From positions 54,994,001 through 55,058,000 of the forward strand of contig OZ024750.1 of NCBI GenBank assembly GCA_964016885.1: 64,000 nucleotides of DNA, written 5' to 3'. Position numbers and translations under genes: made by a program. Positions 1 to 10,152 of this stretch are shown here, in pieces (the stretch's first letter is position 1; each line of letters starts with the position of its first letter). The DNA comes from Eledone cirrhosa. Taxonomy: Eukaryota. The notes beneath the pieces are model-generated. The model made no database searches, had not been told where the DNA came from, and was given only the letters and a program-made list of their open reading frames with translations.

Positions 1-5
1 CACTG

Positions 6-345
6 TTGTATTCAAGAGACCAGGTGGAGGGGTGGGTCTGCTAGATTCATCGTGGGTAAAGAGCGGTGCTATGAACTTTTCTGGGTGGGAAATGACAATG
101 GGCTGGGTATACACATACCACCCCACCACCCCACCGTAAAGTGGTCGTGGAGGCGCCACGGCAAAAAAGCACCCAGCCCGCTCTGTAAAGCTGACGTGGA
201 GGTGCCACGTAAAAAAGAAAAGCACCCAGCACTCACTGCAAACTGGGTTGGCGTCAGGAAGGGCACCCAGCTGTAGAAACCAATCCAGAATCAGCTCCCA
301 CCCCACCCTTGCAAGCATGGAAAAGCGGACGTATGATGAAGTTGA
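6..345 (+). mobile_element. 5'-clipped copy of the internally deleted RTE element (APE fragment plus 3' UTR); also ~15728-16067, ~31448-31787, ~53090-53429
   Basis: Encodes [20 protein letters not shown], followed by the 3'-UTR motif GTTGGCGTCAGGAAGGGCACCCAGCTGTAGAAA and a GATGAAGTTGAT/(AT)n end. Same as 5920-6260 but cut at the L junction. Confidence 0.75.
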
Positions 346-942
346 TATATATATATATATATTAGTATATATATACACATACATATGTACACATATACAC
401 ATACATATATATATATATATACACACACATATATATCAGTGTACATATATATATACATATATATATATATATAAATGAATATTTATTCAATTTAAAGCCC
501 CAATTATCTATATATAACAAGATATGAATTTTTCTAGGGATGGGGAAATTTTCAGTTTGTTTTTATATTTTCACTTCATTTTTTACTTTCTATTTAATAC
601 AGTCTTTGATCCAATATAATCCTGACAGTATTTGAACCAGTTTACCTCATATATATGTATGCACACACAACACTCAAGTTTCGCCATCTACTGCTATTTC
701 ATTCATATTTATTGTTTAATTAACTCTGGTCTAATTCATCAACTATTGTTAATTATATTATTACGTAGATTTCTTATAAAATCTAGTGCATATATACGTG
801 TATATATACAGGGAGACACTGTGTAATAGATGTAAAGAGAGTGGGAGATAGAGTTATAGAAGTAAAGAGAGGGAGAGAAATAAGCGGTAGATAGAGCAAT
901 AGATGTAAAGAGAGGGTTAGAACGTTCAACTTGACAGTCAGT

Positions 943-1016
943 ACATATGCCAACTACCCAACCGGCCAGCCAGCCGTATTTGCGGTTGACTGGCCAGTTG
1001 GGCGGTTGGTATGTGT
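943..1016. repeat. GC-rich imperfect palindrome with 36-bp arms, flanked by direct repeats; present in all 9 cores
   Basis: The left arm ACATATGCCAACTACCCAACCGGCCAGCCAGCCGTA differs from the reverse complement of the right arm, ACACATACCAACCGCCCAACTGGCCAGTCAACCGCA, at 8 of 36 positions, all transitions. Confidence 0.9.
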
Positions 1017-1118
1017 AACGTTCAACTATGCAGTCAGTACCAAAGTTCAACATTGTAGCCAGTGCATATGCCGATCGCCGCGACCTCTTTGCTCTATTTA
1101 AATGACCTGGAACTAAGT

Positions 1119-1231
1119 AAAAAGAGTAGGAGATAACTCGACAAGAGCGGAGAGGGTGAGATTCGAACCATGTAAAGTCGTTGGCTCCTGAACTTCGTAA
1201 GCGGGGCTGCTACTGACTGAGCAGCGCCGGC
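1119..1231 (-). ncRNA. Candidate Pol III-transcribed tRNA-derived small RNA (non-canonical tRNA or SINE head), copy A1
   Basis: The minus strand reads GCCGGCGCTGCTCAGTCAGTAGCAGC (A-box-like at +8, resembling the tRNA-Lys 5' half). It has B box GGTTCGAATC at 1169-1160, a TTTTT terminator at 1123-1119 and TATAAG ~30 nt upstream. The cloverleaf stems do not pair. Confidence 0.5.
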
Positions 1232-1534
1232 AGCAAGGCAAATCGCGCATAAAATAACGCTTATATCGAGAAAATAAAACAAAAATTTCAATGTTGCACT
1301 CTTGTTTGTTGTTCTTTTATTTTACGTAAACATTTCGCTGCTCTAGCCTCTTATTTCCTATTAGATTACACTTAATTCCATTAAACATTCATTCTTAGTC
1401 TCGTGGTAAACTATTTCATCTATATTTATATCGCTGTTACAGCCTTTTATTTCTACATCTATCACCTATAGCCACTGTTACGCCGGTAGTATAAGTAGCT
1501 TTATAACAAGAAACGATGATATAACTCCACAAAA

Positions 1535-1586
1535 TGTCTTCTTGAGCAAGACACTTCACCTCATATTGCTCCAGTACACCGAGTTA
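1535..1586 (+). mobile_element. Short SINE core fragment (in every core)
   Basis: TTCTTGAGCAAGACACTTCACCTCATATTGCTCCAGT matches the core of the SINE at 4881-5231 (TCCTTGAGCAAGACACTTTATTTCACATTGCTCCAGT). Confidence 0.65.
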
Positions 1587-2246
1587 CACATAGACAGATA
1601 CATACATACACATATATATGTACACAAATAGAAATAAGAGGGAGATAGAGTAAAAGATGTAAAGATAGTGTAAAAGATTTAAAGAGAGGGTGAGAGTGTG
1701 ACACACATTTATCTGTCTATCTCTCTCTATTTTAACACCGGTCGTTATAATTAGTTTTATAACACCGCTATATTACCGACATGAAAGAGGTAAATAATTA
1801 TTTCTTAAATGTTTAGAACATGTTTCTCTTGTCTTCTTAAATGTATAGAACATGTTTCTTATTTATATTCTTAACATAGCTAGGACCTTATCTCATTTAC
1901 TGGTCTCTACTTTTAGGGCTTTGCTGGTCCCATGTGCCCTCCATGAAGACACACTCGCCCCTTCTCTCTCAGTCTCCGTACTAATTACTACACATACGTA
2001 TATATATTTATTTTAAGAAACCTTAATGACAAATAATATAAAGTGTTTGTAAAGTGGGGAAGAGTAGTTTTACGGTGGGGTTGTTATATAGATATCGTTT
2101 TTGCAGTGGGGTCGTGACTGGCGTATAATAATGAGTCACTGTTGATGTATATACAAATCATATTTTGGATATAAGTGAAGTTATTTAAGAGATTTAGTTG
2201 TTTTGTATACATTCCAGTTGTTGTCTCCCTGTTTCTTCTTCAACAA

Positions 2247-4250
2247 CTATAACGGTACGCGATGGGGCCCACCCACAGCCCCGGCGGACAGAATGGAGAA
2301 GGCGTTTCCCCGGAGCACGGCAAGGGAGACGCGCTGGAAAAGCCACTCCAACTCGCGGGGCTCACACCTGCGACTGGCCAGCTCAGCGCCTATGGTGGTG
2401 AGTAAGGAGGTAGCCCTGGGGTCGAGGACACCAGAAGTCTCCACTTCCAGGGGTACGACCGCAAACCTGTCGGAGAGTGAACGATATGTGAGGAGTTTGG
2501 CCCTCTCAGCCTGACGTGCAGCAGAACCTGGGCCAGTCGCAGACTGCACCAGGTTGCGGCTGCAGAAAGTGTCGGTGCAAGTGGCATCCCAGACGAGGGG
2601 TTTGCCACCGCGGAACGGGAAGATGGTCATGCCATCTGGCCTTTTGCCGTCCCCTGGAGCTGGGAAGGGAAGCCTGCAGCGTCCAAGCCATGCTTAATGA
2701 TTTCGTTGAGGGCAGCATGGCGTGGATTGCGGCTGGCACTGTGGCGACAGGAAAGCGGGTGGAGGCCGAAAGAGTCCATGGTGGAACGGCAGCGACATTG
2801 GTGTGAGGCCGAGCCTCAGGGAAACGCCGATGCGCAAGCTATGGTTGTCTAGCTGCGTGCGAGTGGAGAAGGAGGGCAGGGCATGGAGCCAGGCCCCACT
2901 GTGGGGTTTGGAGGCCGCACGAAAACAAACAAGGCGGTGCTGGTCGAGCTGGCACGTGAGCCTGTCTGAGGCCAGGCTGCACTGGATGGCATCCCAAGTG
3001 TGTTGGGGGGACTTGACGTCAACAGGGGGAGAAGGAGGAGGAACGTCTACTGGGCTAAGTCCCAGCCGGTGCCACGTCTCACAGGCGGCCACGCGTTCTC
3101 TGAACACAGAGGGTTCTGTTGTGTTTTGAAGAACCCTGCTGAGGTGGACGTGGTACGAGGTTACCGACGAAAGATACGCCGGCAAAGCTAGTGAGATCGG
3201 GGACTGGAGGCGAAGGTCGCCATACCTGATAGGTAAAGTAGCATATCTCATCGGCTGCTGCTCGGATACAAGTCTGGGTGTAGCACAGAGTGTATAGAGG
3301 AGCTTCGGCATGGCGTAGCAGTTCCTCAGCAGAAAGAGAACTGGGTGGCCATCAATCAAGCCCAGTCGGCTCGTGAGAGTCTGAACTTGATGGTGGAGCG
3401 GATGGCCGGCGGGTGGATCGGTGAGGGCATCCTCTTTGGGGGTCACCTGAACCTGGCGGAGAATGGACCGCACGTCCAAGACGGAGACTGCAAAGCTTGC
3501 AGCATCGAGGCTGACATTCACCACCTCCGACTTGGCTGAGTTGACCTGGAGGTCGATTCCCGCCAGGGCAGGAACCACCGATTGAAGGTCATGGCAGACC
3601 GCCTGTACGGGCCCACCCAAAGTAGCATCATCCAGATACCAAACGTTGAGAGGGGCCGTTATACTCCGGGCGATGTGGTCAATACCAAGGGTGAACAGGA
3701 GGGGTCCCAAAGGGTTGCCCTGTTGGATCCCAGTAGCCAAGGGTATGACCGTATCAGCAGCATGTCGCATGCTCGGGGCTCCATATGACAGCTAGGCAGA
3801 GGGGGCTCGGCTGAGGCAGGCCTCGAGCAGATGATCCCAGCGTAAAGAGTTGAAGGCATTCCTCATGTCAAACTTGACAATGAGGTGGCTGGAGTCCCTG
3901 GATGCCGGTTCCGAGTGTTACGGACTTGCAGGTTACCTTGGCAGCCAGCCTCCGGAAGACATTGCCCACAGCAATGGGGCGTATGCCACCCTCTTTCTTC
4001 CTGAGAGCGGTGAAGCTGGCTGAAAAAAAGAGGCCTCGAGCATAAGAGTCCAGGGCGCCATGGATGAGCCTATTGGTGAGCGCCACAATTGCACTCAGAA
4101 GGCGGCGCCCGGCCTCAGCGGAGAGGGGAGATGTCAACTCCTTGAGGAGGCCTGGTCAGAGACCATCAACATCACCGCAGCTGCTAGCTGGGAAGGACCT
4201 GATGGCGGACATGATGTCTGCATCAGAAGCCACAAGGAGCAAGTGTGGAT
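2247..4250 (-). mobile_element. Decayed, 5'-truncated non-LTR retrotransposon with RT and restriction-like endonuclease (CRE-like, R2 superfamily), copy A1
   Basis: GC-rich block. Motifs in order across frames: SAIRSFPASS..DGL, IRPIAVGNVFRRL, FDMRNAFNSL, GIQQGNPLGPLLF, WYLDD, SGAWL, LRIGVSLRLG, RPDGMTIFP..GKPLVWDATCTDT, AE..K..TY, VETSG, QRVSLAVLRGNA. Contains frameshifts and an in-frame TAG near 3793. Confidence 0.88.
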
Positions 4251-4321
4251 TACAATACAAAACCTCTGAGAATGATTTCTAAGATATTTCACCATAATTA
4301 ATTTTCATCAATATATATTAA

Positions 4322-4600
4322 TATTATTATTGTTTATTAGGTCAGGTGGATTGGCCAGAACAATTCTACTCTTCTTTTTTAGATGTCACGATTTTTCATG
4401 GCATTCCTGAGATCATTAATCTCCAGCTGGAGATCCAGAGACATCTGATGTATGTAGGTGAACCTCAGTCATCCCACTTGGGTCTTACTATGTTTAGGTA
4501 TCCACCACAGGAGCCAGCTCATCAGGTCATCCTACCCTCAGCAGCAATGTCCAGCATCTATTGATTTCCGCTCCCTAGTTATTGTGGTAATCTTCGATAT
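4322..4600 (-). mobile_element. Degraded 3' end of an RTE-like LINE from a different family, with a (TAA)n tail; present in all 9 cores
   Basis: The minus strand translates, with stops and frameshifts, as ...RERKSIDAGHCC...WWIPKHSKTQVG*LRFTYIHQMSLDLQLEINDLRNAMKNRDI*KRRV. This resembles the RTE C-terminus (GH..R / GRP..T...D...A.DR..W). It is followed by TAATAAACAATAATAAT. Confidence 0.6.
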
Positions 4601-4699
4601 CTGGGAATATATTTCTTCTGCTTAAGGGAGTAATAAATATATAGTTTTAAAAAAAACATATATATACACACACATATATATATGTTGTCATTTATAAGA

Positions 4700-4840
4700 G
4701 TTCTCTATCAAAAGCCTTCTCTATGTCCAAAGCTAAGTATAGTGGCTTATTTTTCTCTAAGAACCTCTTTTGTAGTTGTCTCACTAAGAAGAGGGCATCT
4801 GTTGCACTTTTCAGCGGCACAAAACCAAACTGCATCTCAT
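4700..4840 (-). pseudogene. RTE reverse-transcriptase fragment (complete where S follows; clipped at the L junction in B copies)
   Basis: EMQFGFVPLKSATDALFLVRQLQKRFLEKNKPLYLALDIEKAFDR is homologous to EMQFGFVSGKSTTDALFIVRQLQEKYLVKSKPLYLAFVDLEKAFDR of the LINE at 12649. Confidence 0.85.
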
Positions 4841-4880
4841 ACATATACATACATACATACATATACACATACATACATAC

Positions 4881-5231
4881 ATCATCATCATCATCATCAT
4901 CATTTCGTTTTAAGTCCGCTTTTTCCCTGCTTGCAAGGGTGGGACGGGAACTGATTCTGGCTTGATTTCTACAGCTGGATGCCCTTCCTAACACCAACCT
5001 CATTTACAGTGAGTGCTGAGTGCTTTTTTGCCGTGGCACCTCCACGACCACTTTGCAGTGGAATGATATGGACCCCAGTCCCTATCATCTCATTTCTACA
5101 GCTGAGTAAACTGGAGCAATGTGAAATAAAGTGTCTTGCTCAAGGAAACAACACATCACCCGGTCTGAGAATTGAACTCACAACCTTTCGATTGCCAGGC
5201 CAATGCTCGAACCACTAAGCCATGTGCCTCC
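4881..5231 (-). mobile_element. tRNA-derived SINE with core domain, RTE-derived 3' tail and (GAT)n end
   Basis: Head GGAGGCACATGGCTTAGTGG (A box) ... GAGTTCAATTC (B box); core TCCTTGAGCAAGACACTT; tail GTTGGTGTTAGGAAGGGCATCCAGCTGTAGAAA shared with the LINE 3' UTR at ~14420; (GAT)7 end. Confidence 0.85.
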
Positions 5232-5707
5232 ATATACATATACATATACATACACATACATATATATATACATACATACATATATACACATACATACATA
5301 CACATACATACACATATACATACATATACATACATAGATATATATATATACATAATATAAATATACATACATACACATACATAAGCATATACACATAAGT
5401 ATATATACATATACACACGTATATATACATATACATACATACATATATACACATACATACATATATACATACATACACACATATATACATATACACATAC
5501 ATACATATACATACATATACACATACATACATATATATATATACATACACACACATATATACATACACACACATATATACAAACACATACATATACACAT
5601 ATATACACATACATACACATACATATACATACATATACACATATACACTCATATATACATATACATACATACACACACATACATACATATATACATATAC
5701 ATACATA
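5232..5707. repeat. Compound (AT)/(AC)/(ACAT)/(ATATAC) microsatellite; also ~20954-21429, 36684-37181, 42582-43057, 58326-58837
   Basis: Almost pure alternating A-Y sequence; length differs between copies. Confidence 0.97.
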
Positions 5708-5709
5708 AA

Positions 5710-6260
5710 GACAAATCCACCTCATGGACGAGAATGCAAGGGCTCCTCCTCTTTGTTTCGGCCGCGGATGGCTAACCCTAACCCCATCCCCGCTCCCCAC
5801 TGCTCCCAACCTCCAAACGCAATCCAAAACTTCAGAGTTGGTACCATTAATGTAGGCACCTTATAGGGTGGCTCTAACGAGGTTGTAGAAATGCTTGAAC
5901 GTAAGGAGGTCGATGTTTGTTGTATTCAAGAGACCAGGTGGAGGGGTGGGTCTGCTAGATTCATCGTGGGTAAAGAACGATGCTATAAGCTTTTCTGTGT
6001 GGCAAATGACAATGGGCTGGGTATACACATACCACCCCACCACCCCACCGCAAAGTGGTCGTGGAGGCGCCGCGGCAAAAAAGCACCCAGCCCACACTGT
6101 AAAGCTGACGTGGAGGTGCCACGGAAAAAAAAAAGCACCCAGCACTCACTGCAAACGGGGTTGGCGTCAGGAAGGGCACTCAGCTGTAGAAACCAATCCA
6201 GAATCAGCTCCCACCCCACCCTTGCAAGCATGGAAAAGCGGACGTATGATGAAGTTGATA
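5710..6260 (+). mobile_element. Internally deleted (bipartite) non-autonomous RTE element: APE N-terminus fused to 3' UTR; also ~21432, ~37184, ~43060, ~58840
   Basis: [38 protein letters not shown]...NDNGLG is the AP-endonuclease motif I/II region. At ~6025 it joins ATACACATACCACCCC..., which is homologous to the LINE 3' UTR at ~14238-14570. Confidence 0.8.
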
Positions 6261-6261
6261 T

Positions 6262-6300
<39 letters not shown>

Positions 6301-7039
6301 TATATATATACACATATATATATACACACATATATATCAGTGTACATATATATATACATATATATATATATAAATGAATATTTATTCAATTTAAAGCGCC
6401 AATTATCTATATATAACAAGATATGAATTTTTCTAGGGATGGGGAAATTTTCAGTTTGTTTTTATATTTTCACTTCATTTTTTACTTTCTATTTAATACA
6501 GTCTTTGATCCAATATAATCCTGACAGTATTTGAACCAGTTTACCTCATATATATGTATGCACACACAACACTCAAGTTTCGCCATCTACTGCTATTTCA
6601 TTCATATTTATTGTTTAATTAACTCTGGTCTAATTCATCAACTATTGTTAATTATATTATTACGTAGATTTCTTATAAAATCTAGTGCATATATACGTGT
6701 ATATATACAGGGAGACACTGTAATAGATGTAAAGAGAGTGGGAGATAGAGTTATAGAAGTAAAGAGAGGGGGAGAACTAAGCGGTAGATAGAGTAATAGA
6801 TGTAAAGAGAGGGTTAGAACGTTCAACTTGACAGTCAGTACAATGTTCAGCATGGTAGCCAGTACATATGCCAACTACCCAACCGGCCAGCCAGCCGCAT
6901 ATGCGGTTGACTGGCCAGTTGGGCGGTTGGTATGTGGAACGTTCAACTACGCAGTCAGTACCAAAGTTCAACATTGTAGCCAGTGCATATGCCGATCGCC
7001 GCGCCCTCTTTGCTCTATTTTAATGACCTGGAACTAAGT

Positions 7040-7152
7040 AAAAAGAGTAGGAGATAACTCGACAAGAGCGGAGAGGGTGAGATTCGAACCATGTAAAGTC
7101 GTTGGCTCCTGAACTTCGTAAGCGGGGCTGCTACTGACTGAGCAGCGCCGGC
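7040..7152 (-). ncRNA. Candidate Pol III tRNA-derived small RNA, copy B1
   Basis: Identical to 1119-1231 by eye. Confidence 0.5.
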
Positions 7153-8147
7153 AGCAAGGCAAATCGCGCATAAAATAACGCTTATATCGACAAAAAAAAA
7201 AAAAAAATTTCAATGTTGCACTCTTGTTTGTTGTTCTTTTATTTTACGTAAACATTTCGCTGCTCTAGCCTCTTATTTCCTATTAGATTACACTTAATTC
7301 CATTAAACATTCATTCTTAGTCTCGTGGTAAACTATTTCATCTATATTTATATCGCTGTTACAGCCTTTTATTTCTACATCTATCACCTATAGCCACTGT
7401 TACGCCGGTAGTATAAGTAGCTTTATAACAAGAAACGATGATATAACTCCACAAAATGTCTTCTTCAGCAAGACACTTCACTTCATATTGCTCCAGTACA
7501 CCGAGTTACACATAGACAGATACATACATACATACACAGATAGAAATGAGAGGTAGATAGAGTAAAAGATTTAAAGAGAGTGTGAGAAGTACGAGTTAGA
7601 TAGTGTAAAAGATTTAAAGAGAGGGTGAGAGTGTGACACACATTTATCTGTCTATCTCTCTCTATTTTAACACCGGTCGTTATAATTAGTTTTATAACAC
7701 CGCTATATTACCGACATGAAAGAGGTAAATAATTATTTCTTAAATGTTTAGAACATGTTTCTCTTGTCTTCTTAAATGTATAGAACATGTTTCTTATTTA
7801 TATTCTTAACATAGCTAGGACCTTATCTCATTTACTGGTCTCTACTTTTAGGGCTTTGCTGGTCCCATGTGCCCTCCATGAAGACACACTCGCCCCTTCT
7901 CTCTCAGTCTCCGTACTAATTACTACACATACGTATATATATTTATTTTAAGAAACCTTAATGACAAATAATATAAAGTGTTTGTAAAGTGGGGAAGAGT
8001 AGTTTTACGGTGGGGTTGTTATATAGATATCGTTTTTGCAGTGGGGTCGTGACTGGCGTATAATAATTAGTCACTGTTGATGTATATACAAATCATGTTT
8101 TGGATATAAGTGAAGTTATTTAAGAGATTTAGTTGTTTTGTATACAT

Positions 8148-10152
8148 TCATAACGGTACGCGATGGGACCCACCCACAGCCCCGGCGGACAGAATGGAGA
8201 AGGCGTTTCCCCGGAGCACGGCAAGGGAGACGCGCTGGAAAAGCCACTCCAACTCGCGGGGCTCACACCTGCGGCTGGCCAGCTCAGCGCCTATGGTGGT
8301 GAGTAAGGAGGTAGCCCTGGGGCCGAGGACACCAGAAGTCTCCACTTCCAGGGGTACGACCGCAAACCTGTCGGAGAGTGAACGATATGTGAGGAGTTTG
8401 GCCCCCTCAGCCTGACGTGCAGCAGAACCTGGGCCAGTCGCAGACTGCACCAGGTTGCGGCTGCAGAAAGTGTCGGTGCAAGTGGCATCCCAGACGAGGG
8501 GTTTGCCACCGCGGAACGGGAAGATGGTCATGCCATCTAGCCTTTTGCCGTCCCCTCGAGCTGGGAAGGGAAGCCTGCAGCGTCCAAGCCATGCTTAATG
8601 ACTTCGTTGAGGGCAGCATGGCGTGGATTGCGGCTGGCACTGTGGCGACAGGAAAGCGGGTGGAGGCCGAAAGAGTCCATGGTGGAACGGCAGCGACATT
8701 GGTGTGAGGCCGAGCCTCAGGGAAACGCCGATGCGCAAGCTATTGTTGTCTAGCTGCGTGCGAGTGGAGAAGGAGGGCAGGGCATGGAGCCAGGCCCCAC
8801 TGTGGGGTTTGGAGGCTGCACGAAAACAAACAAGGCGGTGCTGGTCGAGCTGGCGCGTGAGCCTGTCTGAGGCCAGGCTGCACTGGATGGCATCCCAAGT
8901 GTGTTGGGGGGGACTTGACGTCAACAGGGGGAGAAGGAGGAGGAACGTCTACTGGGCTAAGTCCCAGCCAGTCCCACGTCTCACAGGCGGCCACGCGTTC
9001 TCTGAACACAGAGGGTTCTGTTGTGTTTTGAAGAACCCTGCTGAGGAGGACGTGGTACGAGGTTACCGACGAAAGATATGCCGGCAAAGCTAGTGAGATC
9101 GGGGACTGGAGGCGAAGGCAGCCATACCTGACAGGTAAAGTTGCATATCTCATCGGCTGCTGCTCGGATACAAGTTTAGGTGTAGCACAGAGTGTATAGA
9201 GGAGCTTCGGCATGGCGTAGCAGTTCCTCAGCAGAAAGAGAACTGGGTGGCCATCAATCAAGCCCAGTCGGCTCGTGAGAGTCTGGACTTGATGGAGGAG
9301 CGGATGGCCGGCGGGTGGATCGGTGAGGGCATCCTCTTTGGGGGTCACCTGAACCTGGCGGAGAATGGACCGCACGTCCAAGACGGAGACTGCAAAGCTT
9401 GCAGCATCGAGGCTGACATTCACCACCTCCGACTTGGCTGAGTTGACCTGGAGGTCGATTCCCGCCAGGGCAGGAACCACCGATTGAAGGTCATGGCAGA
9501 CCGCCTGTACGGGCCCACCCAAAGTAGCATCATCCAGATACCAAACGTTGAGAGGGGCTGTTATACTCCAGGCGATGTGGTCAATACCAAGGGTGAACAG
9601 GAGGGGTCCCAAAGGGTTGCCCTGTTGGATCCCAGTAGCCAAGGGTATGACCGTATCAGCAGCATGGCGCATGCTTGGGGCTCCATATGACAGGTAGGCA
9701 GAGGGGGCTCGGCTGAGGCAGGCCTCGAGCAGATGATCCCAGCGTAAAGAGTTGAAGGCATTCCTCATGTCAAACTTGACAATGAGGTGGCTGGAGGCCC
9801 TGGATGCCGGTTCCGAGTGTTACGGACTTGCAGATTACCTTGGCAGCCAGCCTCCGGAAGACATTGCCCACAGCAATGGGGCGTATGCCATCCTCTTTCT
9901 TCCTGCGAGCGGTGAGGCTGGCCGAAAAAAAGAGGCCTCGAGCATAAGAGTCCAGGGCGCCATGGATGAGCCTATCGGTGAGCGCCACAATTGCACTCAG
10001 AAGGCGGCGCCCGGCCTCAGCGGAGAGGGGAGATATCAACTCCTTGAGGAGGCCTGGTCAGAGACCATCAACATCTCCGCAGCTGCTAGCTGGGAAGGAC
10101 CTGATGGCGGACATGATGTCTGCATCAGAAGCCACAAGGAGCAAGTGTGGAT
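8148..10152 (-). mobile_element. Decayed CRE-like RT/RLE retrotransposon, copy B1
   Basis: Same motifs as A1. TAC replaces the A-type TAG. An extra G in the G-run at ~8906-8912 shifts the frame. Confidence 0.88.

Noticed and set aside
1148-1231. Canonical tRNA gene (Arg-ACG or Ser-CGA)
   Set aside because: The acceptor (GCCGGCG vs CCTCTCC), anticodon (CCCGC vs GTTCA) and T (CATGG vs CTCAC) stems do not pair. Kept only as a tRNA-derived candidate.
1119-2250. Spliced-leader RNA gene as the CRE target
   Set aside because: No convincing combination of splice donor and Sm site was seen in or near the small-RNA unit or the element's 3' junction.
2694-3770. Functional or domesticated 358-aa/342-aa RT protein
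   Set aside because: RT motifs are split over several frames with internal deletions. A and B copies carry different disabling lesions.
2198-4282. Plus-strand ORFs overlapping the CRE-like element
   Set aside because: These are antisense shadows of a GC-rich coding sequence with no recognisable domains.
5772-5784. Telomeric repeat CTAACCCTAACCC
   Set aside because: Only about two units, lying inside the 5' part of the RTE derivative. Not a telomere array.
5156-5827. Long Tyr/Val/Cys/Met/Ile-rich ORFs (and copies)
   Set aside because: These are translations of AT/AC microsatellites.
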